A stretch of 40,614 nucleotides of DNA, taken from NCBI GenBank assembly GCA_003614675.1, contig ML002337.1, forward strand, positions 1-40,614, in the 5' to 3' direction. This document shows, piece after piece, positions 23,666-33,520 of the stretch; position 1 is the first letter of the stretch; each line of letters begins with the position of its first letter. The notes under the pieces were generated by a model, which saw nothing but the letters and a program-made list of their open reading frames with translations, searched no databases and was not told the DNA's origin. The position numbers and the translations under genes were made by a program. Origin of the DNA: Dimargaris cristalligena. Its lineage: Eukaryota.

Positions 23666-25234
23666 TTACAGATTCAGCTGCTCACGGGCTCGGATAGCGG
23701 TTATAAAGGCCGCGTAGCTCCAGGTAAGGTGAGGGGCGCCACGACTTTGGCCGGACTCCCGACCCCATTGCTCGTAAAGGTTAAGGTCCATCCGGCCCAT
23801 TTTATGGATGCGGCGCATATACGTATCGCCAGTTTCCTTAAGTTCTTTCATGATTTGGCGGAAACGAAGGTCACTGTCGGCAGTCATGGTTAGTGGAAGG
23901 GAGTTGACCAACTCTTGGAAATCACCGCCCTCCTCTTGTTTTTCTACCTCCTCCTCCTCACTGTCACTCAGGATGGTGCCGGAGAATAGGTCGTTGACCG
24001 TCTGGGAGGCACGGCGAAGGAATGGTAGATTCACGCTAGTAATCTCAAATTGGCCGGAGGATAACCATTTGTTGACCGCCCGGTAGTGAATTTCGGCAAC
24101 GCAAGCGGTGGCCAGGATCCAGGGGTTGCCCTCGCCGTAGCCGTAACCGTCGTAAACGTCCTCGACGTACCGACCGATGGCCACACCAATGCTGGGGTTC
24201 GAATTCATAGTATTGATCGCGTAGAGGCGGGAGAATTTCTCGATGAGCGCTTCGGTGGTGGCCAGGATTCGTTCCGACTCGGGAGTGTAAACACCGTCGT
24301 CATAGCTCGCGTGGAGGGAGGCCAACAGTACCTGGGTGTCCAGATTGCTCACCTTGTCGCCCAGACCCCGGTGGTAATTCCGGGTAGTGGTCACGTAGCC
24401 CTTGGTGGCATCCCAGAATTCGTCCAGGCGGCTCGCAATACGGTCTTCCTGCTGGGCGTAATAGTCACTGGCGCCGGTATCGTCGAACTGACGAGCTAGG
24501 GAAGCACCCTCCCGCATGGCACGGCGTGAGACCATAAAGTTGAAGAAGTGCTGACCACTAACTTCCTCCCATACGTCGAAGCTAGGCTCTTCCCAGTGGT
24601 GGGCGGTGTACTCGAGGTCCCGCTTGATCACGGAGGTGGCGGGCCACTCGGAAGTGTACAGCCGCGACCAGTCGCCACCTTGTTTAGCCCAGAGGTGGCC
24701 GTATTCAATGATGGCGTAGGCCCGGATAGCCGGACCGTCGTTTTGCGGGCGGCCCCAGTTTTCCCAAAAAGCGGACCCATTCATGTTGAACTTCGGCTCA
24801 CCCAGACCATGGGAGGGATTGTCGGTTTCTTGGAGGCGCCTGGAGAAGTCCGCATGATCAGCCAGGATAGTGCCCCAGCTGTCACGCTGGGTCTGGTCGG
24901 TGGCATCGGCGTAAAGCTGGTTCACCAGAGACATGGTTAGACCAGCATCCCGCACCCAGTGGTAAAAGTAGTCGGGGTGGACACGCGACGGCGAAGCCTG
25001 CATGGCTCCCTTGGCGGCACCGGCGGGGGATACGGCCCGCTGGATGGCATCGAGGCTAAAGTCGTATTGGAGCTGGAGGTAGGTGTCGAAGGGAATGTCA
25101 ACGTTCCGACTGGCGGTCTTTGCGGACATTAGACGAACTCGCTTGGCCGGCCGGCTATCCAGCGCGGGCGAGCGGTGGATGGCTTCGCTTAACAGCCATG
25201 TTTGGGTGAGGACAAATAGCAGGGAAAGCTTCAT
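23666..25234 (-). CDS. Secreted glucoamylase (glycoside hydrolase family 15), 522 aa, catalytic domain only
   Basis: Signal peptide MKLSLLFVLTQTWLLSEA and a basic pro-region (KRVR). GH15 motifs ASPS..PDYFYHWVRDA, GLGEPKF, WGRPQNDGPA, FDVWEE (catalytic acid), GRY.EDVYDG, GNPW, LYEQ (catalytic base) and LTWSYAAF. Confidence 0.95.
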   Translation of the reverse strand: MKLSLLFVLTQTWLLSEAIHRSPALDSRPAKRVRLMSAKTASRNVDIPFDTYLQLQYDFSLDAIQRAVSPAGAAKGAMQASPSRVHPDYFYHWVRDAGLTMSLVNQLYADATDQTQRDSWGTILADHADFSRRLQETDNPSHGLGEPKFNMNGSAFWENWGRPQNDGPAIRAYAIIEYGHLWAKQGGDWSRLYTSEWPATSVIKRDLEYTAHHWEEPSFDVWEEVSGQHFFNFMVSRRAMREGASLARQFDDTGASDYYAQQEDRIASRLDEFWDATKGYVTTTRNYHRGLGDKVSNLDTQVLLASLHASYDDGVYTPESERILATTEALIEKFSRLYAINTMNSNPSIGVAIGRYVEDVYDGYGYGEGNPWILATACVAEIHYRAVNKWLSSGQFEITSVNLPFLRRASQTVNDLFSGTILSDSEEEEVEKQEEGGDFQELVNSLPLTMTADSDLRFRQIMKELKETGDTYMRRIHKMGRMDLNLYEQWGRESGQSRGAPHLTWSYAAFITAIRAREQLNL

Positions 25235-25387
25235 GGTGAAACCGGGGGTTGAAGTACCGACGAATAATAAATGGGAGGATTGCCCAATTTGGAGGGCGGA
25301 GTGTATATCGGACGAGAGGCCAAATCCTGTGAAAGACGCAATAGGTCAGACGGTCACGATCACGTTGCAGCGGAGCAGGTGACTTGG

Positions 25388-25393
25388 TTTATA
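25388..25393 (-). promoter_or_regulatory. Candidate TATA box for the glucoamylase gene
   Basis: TATAAA on the minus strand about 155 nt upstream of the ATG. Position and consensus only. Confidence 0.4.
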
Positions 25394-25987
25394 AGCCGGC
25401 CAAGTGTAATGAGGGCGAATTAGTGCTGCGGTTGGGACGGGCGGCGGATGCTCCAAATAACAGAAATATACCTGTGTGTAGGGGGGGGGGGCAGATCCAG
25501 CAATGGGCGCAGTTGGGTGGTTAGAATGAGCGGGTGGTAGGTAAGGTAGTATGAAGATCAGTCAGGGGAGAGGGCGATTCCTCACTTTATATAGGGTGAG
25601 TGGGATCGTCTTCGGACGCATGAGAGTCAGGGGGGCACCGGCCTCAACCCCAGGAGTGCTTAGGACATGGAGAGAGTGGTGGTGGAGTATGAGGCGAAAT
25701 CGCCGCTGTGGTATGTTCTATGGAGGTTTCCCTAGACTGACTGACGCCGCCGATGGTCTTGAATGCCACCTGATCATCTGAATATACCAGTGTACACCTT
25801 TACCTCATCCTCCCCGCCTGAGCTGAGCCCCACCTACATTAAAGCCTACATAATTCTGGTATGTGTCATACCGGCCCTTCAGCCAAACGAGGCATTCGAA
25901 GCTAACGGCATACATATGAGCAGGTTACACGAGCCGCTATACTTGTCCCAACGCAGCTGACTGTTGTATGCATTCAATGGTCTGCAT

Positions 25988-26163
25988 TCACTGCCAGCCG
26001 CTCGTCTCCCTCTCCGTGTCTGGCAAATAAATAGCAGTGGCAAAACATAGACCCTGAGTCTACGTTGCCCAAGCCGTATTCACTGCCTTCGGGTTGAATA
26101 TCCGGCTGTGTGACCAACGGTTGGTCATTTGGTCTGCCTTCGAGGCCAAGTGGCAATACATAT
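25988..26163 (+). ncRNA. Candidate structured non-coding RNA (four-way junction, H/ACA-like boxes), family unassigned
   Basis: Hand-folded closing stem 26064-69/26152-57 plus three arms (26072-26107 with a cUUCGg loop, 26110-26128, 26129-26149). ACA at 26158-60 abuts the closing stem. ANANNA (AAAACA) at 26042-47 follows an upstream stem 25989-94/26034-39. Confidence 0.35.
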
Positions 26164-27242
26164 TCTGAGGCTGCATGTCGGGAAAGGAAAGGAAATGTGA
26201 GATATTGGATTGCGCATTGAAATCCTGTTAACTTAGTATGGGCATTTCACTCCCACTCTCGGTTATTTTAAAATAAGCCTGCCATGCAGTCAAGGGCACT
26301 CTTTCTTACCCATGTGCAAAAACCCCGTCCACTCTGGCACCCCAGCCACACTTCAATGCTATATGCGCATATATCCATTACAAATCCGGCGGGTGCTTCT
26401 CCGTGCTTGGGAGTGAGTGGGCATGTAGTATAAGCAGCACCGAGCTGGCTCTTCCTCTGTTCAACGACTTTCTACTTCGTATCTCCTGATAAATCTATTA
26501 CCGAATCCTCATATCAAATTGACCTAAATTCACTGTAAGTCTATCGATTATAAACTAAGGGAACGGGGCGGCAATTTCTTTTTAATGAGGGTGTCTGAAA
26601 TATCTTACAAAAACCCAAGTAGTGTGACCAGTCCGATTTTTTTTTCTTGCCAAACCTGTCCAGCGTTCTTATTCTCCTTCTGCATCGCTTGGGCCCGGTT
26701 TTTGTAACCGGTCTGTGCGACACCGTGCGTCTCAATCAATAGGCCCACTACCATTTAAAGGCATTGGAATGAGTGCATTGTCGATGTATGAAACTCTTCA
26801 ACACTCAGCAGTGGTTTGGGAAAGGCCCTTCTTACCTTCCATTCAGCAGGACTATACCATATCCCTTAAACTCCTAGGACCTTTATAGCAACGAAATCAC
26901 TGTCCAGTGGTACTAAGGATACTAGTACTTCAGAGAATAAGACCTGCATTAGGAACATTACCTATTACCGCTTTGACCATGAACACCCTGTCTCTCAGTG
27001 GGTCCTGATCAGGGCATCAACTAGTCCCGACTGACTAATATATACCAGCATACACCTTTCATGTGGTACTTCAAATTTGGCATAATTAACCTATTCAAAC
27101 ACTACACCTCGTTGCTTTCGAAATAATAGATTACGTAGGACTAGGGCCAAACCTCAAAAGCAAAAAATATAACTACAAAGGTCATCATTTGACTAACTGT
27201 CCATTTTGCCTTCTCTATTTAGTAAGCAACCAATTTAGTTAG

Positions 27243-30200
27243 GTGGGCATCCATTCAAATTGCAAGTCCCCATGACCTCATGGCTAGCTCCTTCATGTGA
27301 CTTTACTAGCAGCACCTTCGTATCCCCCACAGTGGTTATGAAAAGCTGGTGTTGCACCCGAAATGGCAAACGAGGAGCGGTAGACCTTTTGCCGGAATTA
27401 GACCTACCTTCCACCAGAATTGTTTCAGACCAGGGGGCACGGTTTGCCTGGTACCCCTAGAACACTTCAAAAAAAATCAGGTAAATAGCCTGCCCATGTG
27501 ACGATTGCTTCCACTTACACTCACATGTATCCGCACATCCAGCCTTTGAAGTACGTCGTCATCGGCTCCAATAACCCAGTTGTTTGGGCCACTATCTCTG
27601 ACCCGTGCGTATTGATAATAGCGCGAACAATTTCAGTATGAAGCTACCTTATCAGTGCATCTTTGGCTTTTTTATCTTGATCTACATTATCAAGAAGGAG
27701 AAAGTGGAGGTGGCGGCGGTCAGGGAATCATAGAAAATACTGACGGCCTTTACCAGACAGCTATGTCTCAATTTGTATTTACGTAGACATTCTATAGAAC
27801 GACCCCACTAGACCTGCCACTATGTGGCACTTATACGCCTCCAGTGATCATTTCACAATTCTTAACATGCCAGCTATCAACCGGGACAAATTATCCTCGT
27901 GCATACGGAAAATGCTGACACACATCCATCCCTACCATTCCATACTTTAAAATAACTACCACCACCACCCCGTCTTTAAATAGACTCTAATTGGGAAAAA
28001 CTGCCCGTTGTTCATGTTCACTAATATACATTACAATTCTTAGGTCAGGCGGGTCGGTCGTACGTCTAAATAACCCATACCCATATCTGGCCAAGTGACT
28101 TCAACAGGGTAGGTGGACATTTTTGTGTAACCGGTGTTAGTATCTACTATTGTTAATGGCAGCCTCGCAAAACGACAAAGGGTGAGCAGACGACGAGAAA
28201 GCCATAGCGGCATATTGACTGCAGCAAAACCCCCAGATTTAGCCACCACAGCGTCCTTTCTCTTCCGAGGGGTGCAGAATCTAGACTATAAGGTAAAGCA
28301 TCCTACAGACGACATGGGTTCTAGAGTAAAGATTTACAATTAATCCTTAAATTGTCTTGACGTTCTTCAGCTCACAAAATGGGTCGGGAAGGAGGCGGTC
28401 CCTAAAGGTAGTCTAACCGTTATCCGCTATATTTATAATACCCACTCGGCCAATGCCAACTCCACTTTCATTCAGCTAATAGATATTTTAAGTTGTCCAT
28501 TCGCAATGTAGGGTAAAAGGCGTGGCTCATGGCTGGGTTGCTGAATGGTCAGGGCTATAGTGACATCCTCCCTACGTAGGCCCCCTAGTGCTCAAAGTAA
28601 TAAAGTTGTTTATTCGGTATCCCGCCCGCTAATTCCCTAAATGTATATTTAGACACTCACTCTATTCTTAACATGTCTAATCAGCGGCCAGTAGACCTGA
28701 CTGGGAGCTTCGGGAGGAACCATATGAAACAAAATGATCGCACAAAGTGGACTGTCTGTCCAATTAAAGAAGTCTGTTTCGACCATTGTGACCCATACTT
28801 ACTTTTTCCCTAGATATATCCGCGTGTACCCTAACCTAGTACAACCAATTTACGAATACACTGGCAGTCCCCAAAAGTCGGTCGTTTGTCACAACAACTA
28901 TCGGTGTTTCAGATATGGGCCTTCTCGAGCTCAACCGATGCAGGATTCTTGAACCGGAGCTACCATCGGAAAATTCACTGGAAATCAATCAGAGGTCATT
29001 GGCACGATTTCGAGACTTGAAGGCATTACACAACAATATTAACCAAGTGCCCTACCGGGCGCTGGTTCGTGTTGTTCAGGTAAAAAAGCGAAAATTTAGC
29101 TTGAAGTTGAACAATGGGCGCGGGGGAGCGTCGGGACATTATCTATTTCCAATAACAGTTAGGAGGCTTTGTGCAACCCGTACTAGTTTCTTGGGATATT
29201 GTGTTTTTCAAAATGGTACATCGAATAACGAAGCGTCCTTCATTTGGGGCTGGGTTTTACCCGCCTTTGTGATTTTCCTGTTTATGTCGATACCACGGCC
29301 GTTCGGCCCAACCCGGAATCACATTTACGATCTGTAAAATGGCCGGTGGAATTCCGTATACCCCTCCATCGCCATAGATTTTGGCTCTTCAAAACGGACA
29401 GACCCGTGGCCATTATTTTACCAAGCGAAGCATCCTTTTGGTAGATGAGATGAGCGAGTGTGCGACCTTGGAGCTGTGGAACGATATGACCACGGTAGCC
29501 GACTTTTGGAAAGAAGGCAAAACTAGTAAGTTTACTGACCAAATGGGCCCATTCTATTGTCAGTGATTTTTTGCCCATGCTTATTCCGACTTTGGAAGTA
29601 AAATTCAACCACGGGTAGCCGATAGTGTGGTCGGGTGAAGCTGGCCTAGACACCAGACTGTGGAGGCGGTATTAGTAGAATTCATGTGTGCCATTGTCTA
29701 CTAGTCGACGTTTTTTCGTCCAGAAAAAAAAGGAAGAAAGAAAAGAATGGTCTAGACTGGTGTAACCCGCCCGCCGCCCCATCTAAAGTTCAATAATAGA
29801 CCATAACCGCACAGCCCAGTGGCATGACCTCAGCCCAGTTTGGTCGCTTGGACATGGCAGTATATTACTATTTCCGGCATTGGATTCTAGATCCACAGAG
29901 CCAAGTACTATATGTACAATTTTGATCAAACTGCACTATTTAATGACACATGATATATATCCATGGACTCTATGAACCTGATCAACCAAAGCGCTCCTGA
30001 TTACTGATCCGGTGATCCACTGGCGGGATGAATCACTCGTACTGAATATAGGCCACTCCTCACGGCTGGAAATGGATATTCGACACCGATTTAGCGAGGT
30101 TTGTGAACATAATTGAAAAGCATACAGGATTTTTTTTCGTCAATATCATTCTATTTTGCTCTGCCAATACTTTGGCGTTAAGGGCCGCGGCTATCTATTA

Positions 30201-31289
30201 CTTCCCATTTGTAACGACTACCCACTTTCACTTGGCTTGTTGTTTTTTAGTTTAATTCACCTGTACATGTGGTCGAACACCGGTCAAAGAGTATGCGATA
30301 CAAGGAATGTACTATCCCAGAACCCCCAGGTTGGTGCAAAGACAACATATTTTTGCATATTAGGTCGTATTCGTGTGTGGTGCTGCACTCCCCTAGTCAT
30401 TAGAAGGATAGTATTGTGAGAGGGTACCCCATCTAAATAGCCATACTCGCTCTATACTAAATTACAACAATTTCTATTACATTTCTTTAATTGCAGCGGT
30501 TTGCCAAGAATCGCCCGGATATTATACTGTTTCATGTATCATAAATGAGCTAAGTAGGCTTGGGTGTGGTAAGTTTCACAATGTAAATGTCCGCCCAAAA
30601 CCACTACTATATGATGACAGGAGTGGAATTGAAATAAGGGTCTACTTGGGATAACTCCTAACTAAAGAAATAATATTGACTGCAGACAAACCACTACAAG
30701 GACGACTACTTGCCGTGGTCTCTGAGTTTGACGTCGGTCGGAGTGGCACCCACATGGGCTTGGTAGTTGTGGACTGGTAAGGTTATCAAGGCTTGTTATT
30801 GTTCATTTTTTAAGTATATCCTACACACTATCAGTGTTGGTTAAGCGGGAGTAGGCCGCTAACGGATTCGGCTCTCGATAACAATCTATTAACGACCGAG
30901 CTATATGGACTATGATGAAACTGGTTAGTATTTGCGGATATGCCATCCAAATCGTTGGTGCTTGCCCTGCCTGTTCCAACTGTAAACGCAACTGGGATAG
31001 GACTAGTGGCGCTCGCACCCTGCGCTATCAAATTGCCCCAAGGTGGATAATTAGTGACACTAGTGGCGATCTGTTCCATCCGCCGATTGCTGAAAGAGCA
31101 GCTCGGTCTCTCATTGGGTTTGCCGTACGTAGATAAGTTTATATTGTTTTTGGCATCGGGGTACTAATAGCTGTACATATTAATAGGTCCACGCAGCAGG
31201 ATCATTTGTAACGACATTTAGTCGGATGTGGTTTAAACGGGCAGTATTCGATCGAGATTATCCAAGGCTTGTCTGCTCATTCAAAATAA
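27243..31289 (+). pseudogene. Degraded multi-exon gene for a multi-OB-fold ssDNA-binding-like protein (Cdc24-OB / RPA70-like)
   Basis: Exons 28840-29079 and 29378-29516 splice in frame (GT 29080, AG 29377) to give ...YRALVRVVQ|ILALQNGQTRGHYFTKRSILLVDEMSECATLELWNDMTTVADFWKEG. Further colinear fragments: DFLPMLIP..EAGLDTRLW, GRLDMAVYYYFRHWILD and CPACSNC...RYQIAPRWIISDTSGDL...AARSLIG. Interrupted by TAG 29616, TGA 29923, TAA/TGA 29941-46 and a 1-nt frameshift at 29563. The outer limits are approximate. Confidence 0.68.
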
Positions 31290-32203
31290 CTCTACTTCTA
31301 TCGACAACAAGCATGATTTTTTACCGTTACTAGCCCGCAGATTTAGTGCTCTTTACCCACGACCAATTGGCTCAAATGAAGGTAATGATTTTTGGCTATT
31401 TAACCATACTTTGGGTACTCGATAGCAACCAAGTGTTGATTAAAGGTAATGGATACTTCATGGTAGTAGAAATCTAATCGCAATAACCCTGCAACGGAAT
31501 TTTACATGCATTTTGTGATTGCCTTAAATAGCGCTGTATTCAGTCGGCCCAGTTTCTATTTGCATTTCGGGTAAGCGGAGGATTCCGGGCTGATTCAATA
31601 TAAATAACGTTTACACCGCCAGAAATACGTTGTAATAGTAACTAACGTAGATGGCATATAATTCCTGGCGACTACTGAAATGAATACTGCCCCTTCCATT
31701 ATCTTGCCAATTATCGGCACCCGTCTAGTTGAATGGAACACCACGGAGTATAATCATCACTCATTGTGAGCGCTATTATGGCCCAGACTTGGATGAAGAA
31801 TAGCCTGCATCGTCTATAGCAACAAACCCACAAAAATCCCAAACCGCGGTCACTATTGCATTTCACCGGTAAATCCAAAAGTACAATCTGATTCTAGGGA
31901 CTAAAACTATATTCGGTTAGAGGAAGATTAAGACAGGAAAACTGCCGTATGGTATTAATTATAATAGTGTAAAAACATTAACTAACGGATTAAACAATGC
32001 GAGTGGAAAGGAGGACTAGATCTAGCTAGCCGGGATAATGGTATTAGATGGAGGCGGATTAAAAAATCAAGGGAAGGCGATGGATGCGGGCATTACTGGG
32101 AGTGGAGTCATTAACGCTAGTGAGGTGGGAAGAAGTAAGGGCCAATAGAATGGGAAGGGGCTACAAAAATACAGAAAAATAGAGTGGGTGGAGGGATACC
32201 AAA

Positions 32204-33520
32204 TTAAAGCCGGTGACCTGGGACTAGGTAGAAAATCAAAGTGACAATGACGGCGATAAAAAGGCTGGTAAAGGCGATGATAATGGCCCTCCGCACATGA
32301 ATGCCGCGCACCTTGTGGTCCCGCACACGATTAAAGCGACAGAAGCCCCGTTCACTGACGCCGAGTAACGTAAAGAGGGGACATAATTTCTCTTGGTTGA
32401 CGAAGAGGTTGAGGAAGCCGAACCAAATGGGGATGAGGCCAAACCAGCGCTGGGCCTTGGGCTCCATATCGAGGAAGATGAGGCACAGCTCCACGGTAAA
32501 ACCCAGCAGGAGGGAGAAGAGACCGACGACCAGTCGGAGCATGGTCTGGGTGTAGCCCATGTTCTCGTAGGCGCGGGCGTAGAGGAAGCGGGGGAAGGCG
32601 TCGTGGGCCATGAGGTTGAAGACGTAGTTCTTGGCTTCGAGAAACACGTCGGGGTCATCCCGCTGTTCCATTTCAATCATTCGACATATCCGCAGGCGCA
32701 TGAGTTCGGGCATGTTGAGCTCGTGTTCAGCGCCGGCCACGATGTAGCGGTAGTAGATGCGCTCGGCGGACTTTTTGAGGTCCTGGCGGGTTATGTTGGC
32801 GGGGTTGTAGTTGAAGTGGGTGTGGTTGGTCCCGGGGGTGCAGTAGGGGTGGTCGCAGTAAACGGCATCATCGCCCTGGACGGAGGCGGTGTCTAGCATG
32901 TCAATTTCCATGTCGGACGGGCCCAGGAGGGGACCATCGGGGGTGAACTGGTCGGGGTCGGCGGGAGGTCCTCCCCGGACTTCGCTCCCAACACTGTTGG
33001 AGTAGGTGCTGTAGCGCAGTTCCTGGGTGACGTTTTTGACGGTCCACCGCATGTTTGTTTTTTTGAGGTAGTTGAGGGGGGCGTTGGAGGCCTTGGTCTT
33101 GATGAGGTTCTGGCAGTAGGTTTTGCAGAGATTCTCGTGGGCAACGACGTCGAGCCAGAAGTCGAGGTTCTCCTCGGACAGCTCCACGTCGCGTAGGTAG
33201 ACGTAGAAGTTGTACAGACACACAGGGGGGCAGGTTTTGCGCGACAGAACCAGTTCGAGGGAGGGCAGGCTACGCAGGGCGGCGGAGTGCTGGCGCAGGA
33301 GGGGGTCCGACTGGGGGTTCATGAAACTAACGACGCTGGCCCGATTCTGGCGCTTGCGTTCCAGAGTCAGTCGGCTCTGGCGTTTAGAGTGGGAGTCGGA
33401 GGGGTGATCGAGGCCCTGGGAGCGGAGTTGCTGCTTTTCTTCAATGGCGGGGTCAAGGAGAATGCTGACCCGGTCCCCGCCGAACTGGGGGTGGTCTAGG
33501 TGGTGGCCTTGGATGGACAT
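32204..33520 (-). CDS. RAX1: Rax1-like RGS-domain membrane protein (polarity/bud-site landmark), 438 aa
   Basis: LPSLELVLSRKTCPPVCLYNFYVYLRDVELSEENLDFWLDV and SAERIYYRYIVAGAEHELNMP...RDDPDVFLEAKNYVFNLMAHDAFPRFL form the split RGS domain typical of Rax1. Three hydrophobic segments follow, and the protein ends in VPGHRL. Confidence 0.9.
   Translation of the reverse strand: MSIQGHHLDHPQFGGDRVSILLDPAIEEKQQLRSQGLDHPSDSHSKRQSRLTLERKRQNRASVVSFMNPQSDPLLRQHSAALRSLPSLELVLSRKTCPPVCLYNFYVYLRDVELSEENLDFWLDVVAHENLCKTYCQNLIKTKASNAPLNYLKKTNMRWTVKNVTQELRYSTYSNSVGSEVRGGPPADPDQFTPDGPLLGPSDMEIDMLDTASVQGDDAVYCDHPYCTPGTNHTHFNYNPANITRQDLKKSAERIYYRYIVAGAEHELNMPELMRLRICRMIEMEQRDDPDVFLEAKNYVFNLMAHDAFPRFLYARAYENMGYTQTMLRLVVGLFSLLLGFTVELCLIFLDMEPKAQRWFGLIPIWFGFLNLFVNQEKLCPLFTLLGVSERGFCRFNRVRDHKVRGIHVRRAIIIAFTSLFIAVIVTLIFYLVPGHRL

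Noticed and set aside
26064-26160. tRNA (including tRNA-Sec) interpretation of the cloverleaf-like fold
   Set aside because: Arm lengths are wrong (first arm ~36 nt, 3-nt loop in the middle arm), and there is no D-loop GG, 7-nt anticodon loop or GTTCRAATC T-arm.
30611-30725. Possible C/D snoRNA (ATGATGA ... CTGA)
   Set aside because: No terminal stem or recognisable rRNA-complementary guide, and it lies in what looks like a decayed exon of the OB-fold pseudogene.
29616-31211. Stop-codon reassignment, selenocysteine or A-to-I editing rescuing the OB-fold gene
   Set aside because: All three stop types occur along with a frameshift, and neighbouring genes use TAA, TAG and TGA as true terminators. 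No single recoding mechanism explains the lesions.
25240-32200. Transposon or endogenous viral remnant as the explanation of the gene desert
   Set aside because: I saw no terminal repeats or RT, integrase or transposase motifs. The recognisable fragments are spliced OB-fold exons.
32236-33499. Several overlapping or antisense ORFs in RAX1 (e.g. 32393-32896 +, 167 aa)
   Set aside because: Shadow ORFs caused by GC3-rich codon usage of the real gene; no motifs.
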